Shown here: piece after piece, positions 1 to 12,689 of the stretch
How positions within the stretch are numbered: position 1 is the first letter of the stretch
Layout of the letters: each line of letters starts with the position of its first letter
Origin: Eledone cirrhosa
Taxonomy: Eukaryota
Direction: 5' to 3'
Assembly (NCBI GenBank): GCA_964016885.1
Contig: OZ024741.1
Coordinates: 68,634,001 to 68,698,000, forward strand
DNA: 64,000 nucleotides
The notes under the pieces: generated by a model
Told to the model about the DNA's origin: nothing
The model's database searches: none
What the model saw: only the letters and a program-made list of their open reading frames with translations
Made by a program: the position numbers and the translations under genes

Positions 1-714
1 AATGTAATCCATATGTTGAAAATGTTGTAGGTTAAAATAAATCCTGGAAAACAATAAAACATCAAAAGGAAAACAGAGGTCATGATATAAGTTAAAACAA
101 TGAAATAAAAATTGAAGTCATTAGAAATATACTTCACTGCTTTACAATCGTTTCTAGGTGATAATAATACATCGTGCGCATATTTCGTTATTGATCTATG
201 TAGGGCTAGTTACAAAATATCAAATAAGGAATATATTTACCTACATGTATATCATCAGCCGTTGTCAAAAGCAATGAAAATTTTATTCAAAATCAATAGT
301 AAATTGAGTTCTATGACCTTATTTGGAGGTAGCTGAAGAACAAACCAATCAAATGGTTTTTTGCCATATGATGTTAAGATGAAATATAACACACTTTAGT
401 TGAGGTCACGACCCTTTGAAAGGAATGGTTGAATGGTGTTAAAAATAGAATTACTATAAAGAACCTATGAATATAAAGGAACTGTTATATTGATAGTGGA
501 ATGTAGATGGTGCAGTGAAGTTTAAAAAGGAATGTAAAAATTAAATGCTGAGTTGTGTTGTATGGAATTTTTAGGTGAATATAAATAAGTAAATATAAAA
601 TATACAGAAATAACTAGGATAAATATAGATAGGTAAAATAATGGTCATAACTAGGAAGGATAGTACATTAAAAGATGAAAATTATAATAAGATAATAAAA
701 TGTAATAATATAAT

Positions 715-892
715 ATAATTGTTTCTACTTTAGGCACAAGGCCAGCAATTACCCAGGGCATTACTGGTACTTTATTTTATCGACCCCGTAAGGATGAAAG
801 GCAAAGTCAACCTCGGCGGGATTTGAACTCAGATCGAAAAGGGACGTAACTATGCTGGAAAGCATGGCGACCGACCCTCTACCGATACTGCC
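715..892 (-). mobile_element. tRNA-derived SINE, main family of the window
   Basis: Reverse complement has B-box GAGTTCAAATCC, body GCCTTTCATCCTTACGGGGTCGATAAAATAAAGTACCAG and tail GGCCTTGTGCCTAAAGTAGAAAC; several related copies in the window. Confidence 0.85.
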
Positions 893-999
893 GGTTTAGT
901 CGCCGACGAACCAACCATGTGTTGTACTGGGTTACATGTTACCAGTAGCACTCAAGAGTGACTCGACATACATACATGCATATATACATACATATATAC

Positions 1000-2045
1000 A
1001 ACTATCCAACATTGGTGTCACTGGAAATTTGCTGCTGTGGATCAAGTGTTTCCTGTCAAACAGAACCCAACATGTTGTAGTCGAAAGAGTAAAATCCAGC
1101 GCAGCCAAAGTCAGTAGTGGTGTTCCCACTTCTTTTCATTATCTATATTAATGACATTACTGACATCATGAAGCACAGCAGCATGAACATCTTCGCAGAT
1201 GTCTATTATCCAATGGGCGGAAAAGAACAATATACTGCTGAACGAGGATAAATTTGAGTTAATCCACTTTGGAAAAGAGGATGCCCTGAAACTCCCATAC
1301 TCCCTTCCTTCAGGTGAAACTCTCATGGCATCCAACAACATCAGAGACTTGGGGGTAATTGTGGAAAACAACATAAGCTAGGCCACTCATATAAGCAGTT
1401 GACATGGCCCGCAGAATGTGTTACTGGATTCTAGTCGAGAGATATCCACACTATTATTCTTCTCTTCCCGACCACACCTTGAATACTGTTGTTCACTGTG
1501 ATCTCCCCACATGAAACAAAGTATCATGAAAATTGAAACTCCTCAAAGGTCAATCACGAAAAAAATAGATGGCATGACAGCCCTTGACTATTGGGGTCGA
1601 CTAGAAAAACTCAAACTTTATTCTCTCCAACGCCGCAGTGAGCGCTACATTATCTGCACGATGTGGAAAATATTCCATCAACATTGCCGAAATGATGTTG
1701 GCATCATCTGTAAACTACACACAAGACTTGGGTGCCGTGCTATCCGCCCACAACAAAAAACACACTCGCATCTCATAACAACAATACGGCACAATTATTT
1801 CACCTCAATTGACCCCGCTCCCTTTAACATTACACCAAAACACATTAAAAGAGATACAGACACTGTAAAGTTCAAGAAATTCTGGATAAACCTCCTACAC
1901 CCGCATATGTCTCTGTAATCAATAACTCTCTACTTGAGGGGGGGGGGGGGGCATAGTGTCCAAATCCTGATCTGAAAGACTTCGCAATGTGGTGCTATTA
2001 AGTTAGACATGACCTGCGCCAATACTGGCCGAAACCTATCAAAGT
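1000..2045 (+). pseudogene. Decayed CR1/L2-group LINE, RT and C-terminal region
   Basis: Broken frames read LLWIKCFLSNRTQHVVV..VSSGVP, WAEKNNILLNEDKF, IRDLGVIV, LEKLKLYSLQRR; stops and frameshifts; ends at (TA)n. Confidence 0.8.
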
Positions 2046-2099
2046 TGAGTTATATGTATATATATATATATATATAGTAATAATAATAAATTTGAAGAC

Positions 2100-2136
<37 letters not shown>

Positions 2137-2141
<5 letters not shown>

Positions 2142-2433
2142 GAAGGAGGTGTGGTAAGGAAGCAGATGGACCATAACGCACCAGAGTACTCAAAACTTAG
2201 AGAGTACTCAAAACTTAGGGTAGTAGAGTGGATAATAAAACAATGTATGACCCCGACGGCGGAGCTCAAGCCGTTTAGACGGCTATTTCTGGACTCAGTC
2301 CAGAAATAGCCGTCGAAACGGCTTGAGCTCTGCCGTCGAGGTTAAATATTTTCCTATTACCCACTCTACTACCCTAAGTATTCAGTACTCTGGTGCGTTA
2401 TGGTCCATGAGGTTCCTTACCACACTTCCTCCG

Positions 2434-2435
<2 letters not shown>
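2137..2435. repeat. Solo palindrome of two inverted PLE pseudo-LTR ends between (TA)n tracts
   Basis: Arms are reverse complements centred on GGACT-C-AGTCC (2291-2301); right arm matches 30041-30180. Confidence 0.85.
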
Positions 2436-2497
<62 letters not shown>

Positions 2498-3091
2498 GAC
2501 GTAAAATAAGAAAATTTTAACTTACTTACTAAAATTTTCACTCCAACTAATTAGTTTCTGTAAGGGAATAAATATAGTTACGCAACGCATCTGCATCCCC
2601 CTGCATAGAACCACAAAGGTACTAAGACATAACATATATATTTGCTAGGATGGGTATACATCTGTACACATATGTTGGTAGATATACTAATTCTCTCTCT
2701 ATATATATATAGATAGATAGAGAGATGTTATATGTATGAATCTTAATAATACAGATACATACATAAAAACACATACATACATTCATTCACATATACATAC
2801 ATACAAATACATACATACATTCATCCATACATAAGGTACACAAAATGTTAGTAGAGAAAATATATATTTATTTCATATAGAAATATCTCCTATACAACTG
2901 ATACTCTTTTATTTGGAATTGCCAGTAATGAGTGATATACAACAATGTATGATGGAGTAACTAGATCAAAATAGAAGACAGATGACGAAGTCATTAAGAA
3001 AGACTGGCACTACATGACAAAATACCTTTCACAATTAAATATAACAGTTAAATAACCATCCGGTTTCTAAACCAATCGCTAAGAAGATTAG

Positions 3092-3422
<331 letters not shown>

Positions 3423-3623
3423 TTAGTTATACTATTTATGGTTATGTAAATACAAAACCTTAAGCAGTTGTAAGTATTTTACACACACCCTAAATAGTGG
3501 TAGGCAGTAATGTATTACTACCTTATTACCAGTAAGTTAAGTAGCTCAATGTAAAAACATCAGATGATTTACAGAGCAGTTATATGAAACATAAGAATCA
3601 AAGAACTGTTCAAAACATTATTG

Positions 3624-3672
3624 TGCTTACAGCTGTTTCCTCCAAACCGAGGTTTGGATTCTTCGGAGCAAT
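3624..3672 (-). ncRNA. Variant minimal hammerhead ribozyme (inverted copy of 8308-8360)
   Basis: Reverse complement of the 8308-8360 motif. Confidence 0.65.
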
Positions 3673-5309
3673 TTATTAATGCATGGACAGTTATATGACC
3701 TCCTTTTCAGCCGAGAGACATACCAATACACATTCAAGCATTGATACATATTCAAACATTATGGGTCAACATTCATTACAGAATTTAGAGTGGCAGTACA
3801 CACTTCGAGATTACATTTATATTAATAGGTACAATCAAAAATCAAAGATATAGGTTAAAGTACAACATGAAGATAAGTGGTTATATAGTGCAAATGTTAT
3901 ATGTGTGGCACGCATGTGCGTCTTGTTTATATAGTGTGGCAGAGAGATATGTGTGGTAGAGGCACTTAGGTAGGTAAATAAGAGTGTTAGGTTGGTAGAT
4001 CTGGTGGCAAAATCTTTATATGATTGATATAGTCTGTGTGTGGAGAAATATTATAAGCATTAAAGATAGTGCAAGCATTAAAAGTGTTATAAGTATTGGA
4101 GATGCACAGCGCAGGGATGTCAAGTAATTTATGTACTTCGGCATTTTCATGGTCAAGGGAGTGTATATTTCGATTATATGCCTTTCACATAATCCACGAC
4201 AATCCAGTTAGAGATCGTAGTCTGGTGTTCTTTAGTTCGATACAGGAGGTTGTTACGTTTCGAGAAACGCCATTGAATACCGGAAGTGTGTGTGTGGCTA
4301 AGGGGAGTTAATGCATGCGGGGAGGTAACTCTGGGGTTTCTATATCTAGCCATTAAAATGTGTCCCAATATAGACCCTAAATTCTATGGTGAAGTGCACC
4401 TTCCAAGAGAGATTTTTAAAGCATAAAGTGTATTAACTATAGAGTAGTTTAACTAAGTTATGCTGAAGGTGATCATATTATTATGGTGGATTAACCCATC
4501 ATAAGGTGCTACAAATGGAAATTATAGATTATGAGCGAGGATTCTAAATTAATGATCTCTGTGGTTGTAGTCTGCTCATATGACCAGGCGCGGTGATTGC
4601 AGGATTGCTTCAGGACCCAATGATCTCTGGTAAGATCTGGGTCATCGCTTGCTACATTGGATGTCGAAAGATAATCGTCCCCAGGCAGGCCAAAGGTCAA
4701 TCCGCAGTCCTCGCGACCCCTCTCTGACCGTCAGATCATCCATATACGTACAACCCGCACGGCAGTTGCATTGCATTCACTCACTGCGCTCAGTAGCCCG
4801 GTCCTACCGGTCAACAGCGCTACTCGATTAAATCATTTTACAACTGTCTAAGGAGGGTGTTTCCTCTGCCCAACACCATCCAACCGATCAATTCATGCTC
4901 AAATTACCCTTAGAGCGGTGTAGTGCCGTTCAAGTGGGTGGATGTTGTCACACCTGCCGTAGAGGTATAAATGGGTATTTTCCCTGCGAAGGGTTCCAGA
5001 GGGATGTCGTTGTTTGTGTTATAATGGATCAGCTAGTGTCGGGTATGTAGTATAGGGTGTGTCTCTGGTGTTTGATGCTAGATGTGGTGTTAGGTTCCAG
5101 TCCGACATTGCTATATATAGGGCTTAAAGTTTTGGAAGGAATGTCTGAGGCGGTGCTGGCAAGTCGCAAACACTTCAGATTTTTTGTTAAGTAGGTTACG
5201 GTTGGAGAAGATAATATTGTGTGTCTCTAGTATACAGAGGTTACAGAATTTATTAGGTGGTTTGTACGAGGTCGCGCTGCCTATCACTTCCCATTTGAGT
5301 GTGTATGGT

Positions 5310-6869
5310 ATAATCACCTTCGAGGACCAACTATGGACACGCAAGGATACGCACAACAACTTCGACATAACCATGGGATCTAGTGACTCGGCGCAGGTCA
5401 CTGATTTGGTCGGCCTATACCTCCTCAATGAAATCCATAAAGACCTCCCTTACCTCAACGGTGGTTTGTACCGCGATGATGCACTTCTACTCATAGAATA
5501 TAAAAAATTTAATATAGAAAGAACTAGAAAACAACTGCATAAGACATTCAAAAACTTTAACCTTAGTATCACCATGGACAAAAACACTAAAAATGTTAAC
5601 TTCCTAGACGCCACTCTATACCTAGACTCAAAAATATATACACCTTTCCATAAGCCTAATGAGAAACTTATTTACGTAGATACCAAGTCTAATCACCCTA
5701 GATCAATATTAAACTCTATCTCTAAGGGGGTGTCCAATAGAATCTCTAGTCTGTCCTATGACGCAAACATATTTAGCAAAAACTCACAATATTACAATCA
5801 AGCTTTAGCTAGCTCCGGCCATAATATAGAAATTGAGTTCCTACCTAAGAAAACACATAGCTACAACATCATCTCGCACAACATGTCCATGAGGAAATCT
5901 AATAATAGGAATAGCAACCACAAGTACACCAAAGCGGAGGGTGCCACCGGAAGTAACCATTACCATGGAAACTACTGTGGGGCCTTAGGAGGAAGCAACA
6001 CACCAAACACTAAAAGCAAAAATAGAAGAAGAAATAATACATTTTTCAACCCTCCTTTCAACCTAAATGTCTCCACCAACATGCCTAGAGCTTTCTTCTC
6101 ACTACTAGATAAAAACTTCCCTCTAGGACACAAGTACCACAACCTCTTAAACAAAAACACCATTAAAATCTCATACTCTACGACGCCTAACTTAGCATAC
6201 AACATAGCTAGCAGCAATAATAGTAAAATTAGTTCTTACTTCCAACAAACAAAATCACAACGGGATGCAAACCATTTAAATACCACTGTAGCAAGCAACT
6301 ATAGCAACGGCAGTAACAATAGAAATAACACTAGTATAAGTAATAACACCAGGGTTGTCAACCCGAACACCCAAAATCCTATATCCACCACACAGACTTC
6401 CGCATTGCATTATAACCAGCGGACTAACGCACAGGATAATTGTAACTGTGGAGCTAATAGAACCTGCCCTTTAGATAAAAAATGCCTAACCAAGGATGTC
6501 ATATACTCATGCACAGTCACGACTAATAACTCTTCAGAAACCTATGTAGGCTCCACTTCTAACTGCTTCAAAATCAGATATAACTCGCACATCCACTCGT
6601 TCAAAAAGCACAGCCTAGCCAACTCCACCTCACTTTCTAGCTACATACACTATCTAAAATCTAAAATTAAACCATACACACTCAAATGGGAAGTGATAGG
6701 CAGCGCGACCTCGTACAAACCACCTAATAAATTCTGTAACCTCTGTATACTAGAGACACACAATATTATCTTCTCCAACCGTAACCTACTTAACAAAAAA
6801 TCTGAAGTGTTTGCGACTTGCCAGCACCGCCTCAGACATTCCTTCCAAAACTTTAAGCCCTATATATAG
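5310..6869 (+). CDS. PLE reverse transcriptase (5'-truncated) plus GIY-YIG endonuclease, uninterrupted frame
   Basis: FDITMGSSDSAQVTDLVG, GLYRDDAL, VNFLD, FFNPPF, CNC..CPL..CL, VIY..YVG, RYNSH, CNLCILE, LLNKKSE; the first ~42 aa of predicted ORF 5184..6869 come from the inverted arm. Confidence 0.92.
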   Translation: MITFEDQLWTRKDTHNNFDITMGSSDSAQVTDLVGLYLLNEIHKDLPYLNGGLYRDDALLLIEYKKFNIERTRKQLHKTFKNFNLSITMDKNTKNVNFLDATLYLDSKIYTPFHKPNEKLIYVDTKSNHPRSILNSISKGVSNRISSLSYDANIFSKNSQYYNQALASSGHNIEIEFLPKKTHSYNIISHNMSMRKSNNRNSNHKYTKAEGATGSNHYHGNYCGALGGSNTPNTKSKNRRRNNTFFNPPFNLNVSTNMPRAFFSLLDKNFPLGHKYHNLLNKNTIKISYSTTPNLAYNIASSNNSKISSYFQQTKSQRDANHLNTTVASNYSNGSNNRNNTSISNNTRVVNPNTQNPISTTQTSALHYNQRTNAQDNCNCGANRTCPLDKKCLTKDVIYSCTVTTNNSSETYVGSTSNCFKIRYNSHIHSFKKHSLANSTSLSSYIHYLKSKIKPYTLKWEVIGSATSYKPPNKFCNLCILETHNIIFSNRNLLNKKSEVFATCQHRLRHSFQNFKPYI

Positions 6870-8307
6870 CAATGTCGGACTGGAACCTAACACCACATCT
6901 AGCATCAAACACCAGAGACACACCCTATACTACATACCCGACACTAGCTGATCCATTATAACACAAACAACGACATCCCTCTGGAACCCTTCGCAGGGAA
7001 AATACCCATTTATACCTCTACGGCAGGTGTGACAACATCCACCCACTTGAACGGCACTACACCGCTCTAAGGGTAATTTGAGCATGAATTGATCGGTTGG
7101 ATGGTGTTGGGCAGAGGAAACACCCTCCTTAGACAGATGTAAAATGATTTAATCGAGTAGCGCTGTTGACCGGTAGGACCGGGCTGCTGAGCGCAGTGAG
7201 TGAATGCAATGCAACTGCCGTGCGGGTTGTACGTATATGGATGATCTGACGGTCAGAGAGGGGTCGCGAGGACTGCGGATTGACCTTTGGCCTGCCTGGG
7301 GACGATTATCTTTCGACATCCAATGTAGCAAGCGATGACCCAGATCTTACCAGAGATCATTGGGTCCTGAAGCAATCCTGCAATCACCGCGCCTGGTCAT
7401 ATGAGCAGACTACAACCACAGAGATCATTAATTTAGAATCCTCGCTCATCATCTATAATTTCCATTTGTAGCACCTTATGATGGGTTAATCCACCATAAT
7501 AATATGATCACCTTCAGCATAACTTAGTTAAACTACTCTATAGTTAATACACTTTATGCTTTAAAAATCTCTCTTGGAAGGTGCACTTCACCATAGAATT
7601 TAGGGTCTATATTGGGACACATTTTAATGGCTAGATATAGAAACCCCAGAGTTACCTCCCCGCATGCATTAACTCCCCTTAGCCACACACACACTTCCGG
7701 TATTCAATGGCGTTTCTCGAAACGTAACAACCTCCTGTATCGAACTAAAGAACACCAGACTACGATCTCTAACTGGATTGTCGTGGATTATGTGAAAGGC
7801 ATATAATCGAAATATACACTCCCTTGACCATGAAAATGCCGAAGTTCATGAATTACTTGACATCCCTGCGCTGTGCATCTCCAATACTTATAACACTTTT
7901 AATGCTTGCACTATCTTTAATGCTTATAATATTTCTCCACACACAGACTATATCAATCATATAAAGATTTTGCCACCAGATCTACCAACCTAACACTCTT
8001 ATTTACCTACCTAAGTGCCTCTACCACACATATCTCTCTGCCACACTATATAAACAAGACGCACATGCGTGCCACACATATAACATTTGCACTATATAAC
8101 CACTTATCTTCATGTTGTACTTTAACCTATATCTTTGATTTTTGATTGTACCTATTAATATAAATGTAATCTCGAAGTGTGTACTGCCACTCTAAATTCT
8201 GTAATGAATGTTGACCCACAATGTTTGAATATGTATCAATGCTTGAATGTGTATTGGTATGTCTCTCGGCTGAAAAGGAGGTCATATAACTGTCCATGCA
8301 TTAATAA

Positions 8308-8360
8308 ATTGCTCCGAAGAATCCAAACCTCGGTTTGGAGGAAACAGCTGTAAGCACAAT
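8308..8360 (+). ncRNA. Variant minimal type I hammerhead ribozyme in PLE 3' end
   Basis: GCT-CCGAAGA-A-TCCAAACC tc GGTTTGGA-G-GAAA-CAGCTG-TA-AGC: stems I and II, palindromic stem III, core CCGAAGA instead of CUGANGA. Confidence 0.65.
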
Positions 8361-8447
8361 AATGTTTTGAACAGTTCTTTGATTCTTATGTTTCATATAT
8401 ATATATATATAATTAAAGATCAAAAGATGGTTAAAAGAGGTCCATGT

Positions 8448-8516
8448 ATTTTATTATGCGCATTTCAAAAACAAATATTATCATGGGATGATATTTGCGT
8501 TCTCATCAGATAAAAT
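8448..8516 (-). ncRNA. Minimal type I hammerhead ribozyme, canonical core
   Basis: Minus strand ATTTTAT-CTGATGA-long stem II-GAAA-TGCGCA-TA-ATAAAAT; perfect 7 bp stem I. Confidence 0.8.
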
Positions 8517-8585
8517 ATTGTATCTGATGAGAACACAAAAATCATCCCATGATGATATTTGTTTTTGAAATGCGCATAATAAAAT
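8517..8585 (+). ncRNA. Minimal type I hammerhead ribozyme, canonical core
   Basis: CTGATGA 8524-8530, ~16 bp imperfect stem II, GAAA 8567-8570, palindromic TGCGCA, UA site. Confidence 0.75.
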
Positions 8586-8615
8586 ACATGGAACTCTTTA
8601 ACCATCTTTTGATCT

Positions 8616-8654
<39 letters not shown>

Positions 8655-8663
<9 letters not shown>

Positions 8664-8806
8664 GAAGTATATATATATACTTCGTTTATGTCTTTTTGTG
8701 AAATCATGTATTGAAACAGATATTAGGATAGGTTTGGATGGGTATGCAAGCAAGAAAATACTCGCACCCGTTGAGCTTCACTTCTCTTTTATTTTTAGTG
8801 AGATCC
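8655..8806 (-). repeat. Right arm of ~150 bp inverted repeat (partner 3092-3240)
   Basis: Reverse complement of 3092-3240 with few mismatches. Confidence 0.9.
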
Positions 8807-8852
8807 GATATTTGCATTGCTTTATTGTGCTACAATAAAACTCACCTCCTAC

Positions 8853-8889
<37 letters not shown>

Positions 8890-9080
8890 CTGCGAAACCG
8901 GTAAAGGAACCAAATAAATATATATTTTTACGAAAAAAGTCTCCAGTTGCATTTTCGATTTCATCTTTGTCCCCTATATATCCCTATACATCATACGTTA
9001 ACTATTTTCCCATTTTGTCGCTATAGTCACTTATATATTATGGAATACTGTTGGCTTCTTGCTACAATAATTTCTATACT

Positions 9081-9140
<60 letters not shown>

Positions 9141-10457
9141 AACAAAGATGAAATCTGTGAGAAAAACCACAAACCCTCCATCTCAATATGTGTATATGTA
9201 TATATATATATATAATGTAGGCCTATTCCTCCTACACACACTTAAAGAAAAATTCCCTAACCATATTTTTGGGCTTTATTGCGACGATGGTCTAATACTT
9301 TCCCATACAACTATAAGCCATAACTTAGATAGATTTAGGAAAGACTTAATAAAAACCTTTGCTCGTTTTAATCTTAAAATTACTATTGACACTAACCTTT
9401 CCAATGTAGATTTCCTAGATATAAACCTAGATTTGCCTACTGCTTCTTATAAACCATACCATAAACCTAATGAAAACTTAAAATATATAAATAAAGGCTC
9501 TTGCTATCCTCCTATAGTTTTTAAAAACCTTATCCCTAATATTAGCCGTAGGATCTCCACCCTCGCTTCCTCAGAAGCTATTTTCAATAAGGCATCCCCC
9601 TACTATAATAAAGCCCTCCAAAATAGCGGTTTTAGCGAACCGATTAAATACATACCCAACTATACTAACTCTATTAAACATAAAAACAGGAAAAGAAAAA
9701 TAATCTGGTTCACCCCCCCCCCCCCCCCCCCTACTCTCTAGCAATTAAAACTAATGTAGGCAAAAAATTCCTAGAGCTCTTTGATAAACATTTCCCTAGA
9801 ACACATAGATACTATAAGATCTTTAATAGAAACTGTGTCAAAATTAGCTACTCATGCGGTCCCCCTATTAAATCCTATATCATCAACAAAAAATCACCTA
9901 GAGAACATCAAAATTGCTCCTGTAGAATCAAAAGTGAATGCCCATTACAAGGTAAATGCAACACCAAAGCCATTGTATATGCGGCTAAAGTGACAACCAT
10001 CAGCAACAACCAACCAGCCACCAGTGAACGATATGTGGGTATGACGCAAGACAAATTCAAAACGCGTTATTACTCACATGTCGCATCCTTTCGACATCCA
10101 GAAAAAAGATTTACAACAGCTCTGACTAGCAGAATATGGGATTTGAAAGACCAAGGTATCCAATATCAATTGGATTCGTCAATTTTGAACCAATCTAAAG
10201 AATATGCAAGAGGAACAAGAAAATGCACGCTCTGTATAAATGAAAAATATTGGATTTTGCAAAACCTTAAATCACCAAAGACCTGCCTAAACACAAAGAC
10301 AGAAATTTTAACCAGTTGCCCACACATGAAATCACACCTGCTTTCCAGCTCATATAAACTTAACACACTTTCAGATACTTATCCTCCATAAGCTCTTATT
10401 ATTCTCTTTAAGACTACCTTTTCTGATTTACTTTCATTTTTAACCTTATTATTAATT

Positions 10458-10766
10458 TCATTTTTATTTTTATTTTTATTTTTATTTTTATTTTTATTTT
10501 TATTTTTATTTTTATTTTTATTTTTATTTTTATTTTTATTTTTATTTTTATTTTTATTTTTATTTTTATTTTTATTTTCATTTTCATTTTCATTTTCATT
10601 TTCATTTTTATTTTTATTTTTATTTTTATTTTTATTTTTATTTTTATTTTTATTTTTATTTTTATTTTTATTTTTATTTTTATTTTTATTTTTATTTTTA
10701 TTTTTATTTTTATTTTTATTTTTATTTTTATTTTTATTTTTATTTTTATTTTTATTTTTATTTTTA
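10458..10766. repeat. (TTTTTA)n hexamer array inside the PLE 3' region
   Basis: About 50 direct copies, a few TTTTCA variants. Confidence 0.95.
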
Positions 10767-11970
10767 CTTCACATCCACCACTAAACCCCGCCCCTTTATT
10801 CTCCGATTCACTTACCTAATATCTTCACTTTTCGCTTTTTACTTCCCTATTTTCTTCACTACCTGATTATACCGGTCACTTGCGTTTTCCACTCCAGATA
10901 TTTTATGTTATTTCACAGCTATTCTTATATTTTTTTATATTTGTACTCACTTATTCACAAGGCCGTTTTTACACCCTGTATCTATGTGTCTGAGCGTCTT
11001 TATGTGTGTATACTTTCTGTATATGTACACGAACGCCTCCGTATGTGCGCGCGCGTGCGTGTGTATATATATGTGTATGTGTGTTTTTTTTTATATCTGT
11101 GTTTTTACATCTATTTTTTTACATTCTTATTCATGTGTGCGCATGTAAGCGGGTCAACGTGCGTGAGTGTATGTATGTGTGTGTGTATGTGTGTGTGTGT
11201 ACGTACTGAATGTATGGATGTGTAAGTGTGCGTATGTATATATGTATGTATATATGTATGTATATATTTATGTGTGTGTATGTGTGTGTGAGTATACAGT
11301 CGCGTACGTACGCGTGATTAGATATACATGGGGAGAGGTGTATGTATGTATATATGTGCATCCTGTGTGTGTATGTATACTTACATACGCTTTTGTCTGC
11401 ACGTTTTGCGTGTATATATATATATTTTTTTTTTATAGATATACGTTTCTTGTAGATATATGTGTGTATGTACGCGTGTACCTTGTTTGTTTTCTTTACT
11501 TTGCAATTTTCTTTCTAAATTATTGTTCCATTTTTATAAATATATCGAGAATGATAATTTCTTTTTACTATTACACTCCCTTACCTCTTTTTCTTCCGCA
11601 TATAAGTGTACGCGCGTGTGGGTGTGTTTATACGCGTGCCTTCATATTCTTATAATGTATCTAATACCCTGTTTTTCTGTGTATCTGTCAACCGGACAGT
11701 CATGTCTGTGTCTGTAGATACTTACCCTCATATATATATTTACGCACACATTTTCACTATACACACACATTTGTACATACATACATATGTACATACATTT
11801 GTACATACATACATTTGTACATACAGACATATACACACACCTAACTATATTTCTTAAACATTTTTTTTATATGTTTTATATGTCTATTGTATTACCTTCA
11901 CCTATATTTACATAATTTTTTTTTTTTGCATTTCTTGAGGAGACTTTCCAAATATTTAACTATGTTTTAT

Positions 11971-12048
11971 ATTGCCTCGTCCGACGAACGAATGAAGACG
12001 TTTCTTTCATATTCGCCTTATTCGGGAAACCTCTGGTAATGAGGTAAT
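11971..12048 (+). ncRNA. Variant hammerhead ribozyme in PLE 3' end
   Basis: 10 bp stem I ATTGCCTCGT/ATGAGGTAAT (2 G-U pairs), core CCGACGA, A-CGAAT...ATTCG-G, GAAA, CC-TCT-GG, GUA site. Confidence 0.68.
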
Positions 12049-12157
12049 TATATTGTATTGTTGTTTTTTATACATTAAATTTTGCTCTGGCACTTACATA
12101 GAGCACTTTTCACTCCTATGACTTTTTCTGTTTTCAACGGAAACTTCAATACTTATA

Positions 12158-12188
<31 letters not shown>

Positions 12189-12282
12189 TTATATACACAC
12201 ACACACATATATATATATTTATATAAATATATATATATATATAAATATATATATATGTATATATATGTACACACATATATAT

Positions 12283-12441
<159 letters not shown>

Positions 12442-12689
12442 ACAAAACATACGGCGAAATCTATTTCTAATTTCAAACTCGTTGTTTCAAAACATACTTT
12501 TGAAACAGCGAGCAAGTTTAAAATTAGAAATAGAAGCTTTCGCCGTATTTTCTTTACTAAATAAATTTTAGCCTGATAGTGGGGGTTAGAACCTTCTAAG
12601 AAAAGGAAAAAGATGAATTTTGATGTATGTATCTCAATACGCATCTTTTTCCATTTCTTAGAGGCTTCTAACGGGCTACAATTTCTTTA

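Larger units (their letters stand above)
3581..8399 (+). mobile_element. Young 5'-truncated Penelope-like element (Hydra-clade-like) with 1.73 kb inverted pseudo-LTR
   Basis: 3581-5309 is the near-identical reverse complement of 6671-8399; central RT/GIY-YIG ORF; 3' end abuts (TA)n. Confidence 0.93.
8416..8617. repeat. ~200 bp palindrome of two head-to-head HHR-bearing PLE-type ends
   Basis: Arms 8416-8512 and 8521-8617 are reverse complements; (TA)n on both sides. Confidence 0.9.
9210..12145 (+). mobile_element. 5'-truncated, frameshifted Penelope-like element (Hydra-clade-like)
   Basis: GLYCDDGL, VDFLDINL, RKRKIIWFTPP (frame lost in poly-C 9712-9731), RYVGMTQDKFKTRYYSH, CTLCINEK; long microsatellite-rich 3' region ending at (TA)n. 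Confidence 0.88.

Noticed and set aside
170-262. Minus-strand CTGATGA...GAAATATGCGCA hammerhead remnant; similar partial motifs at 8890-8910, 12848-12885 and 21330-21375
   Set aside because: Core, cleavage triplet or stem I is missing or decayed; not supportable as ribozymes
5111-5428. 105 aa minus-strand ORF ending in the GIY-YIG C-terminus
   Set aside because: Chimera created by the inversion junction at 5309/5310
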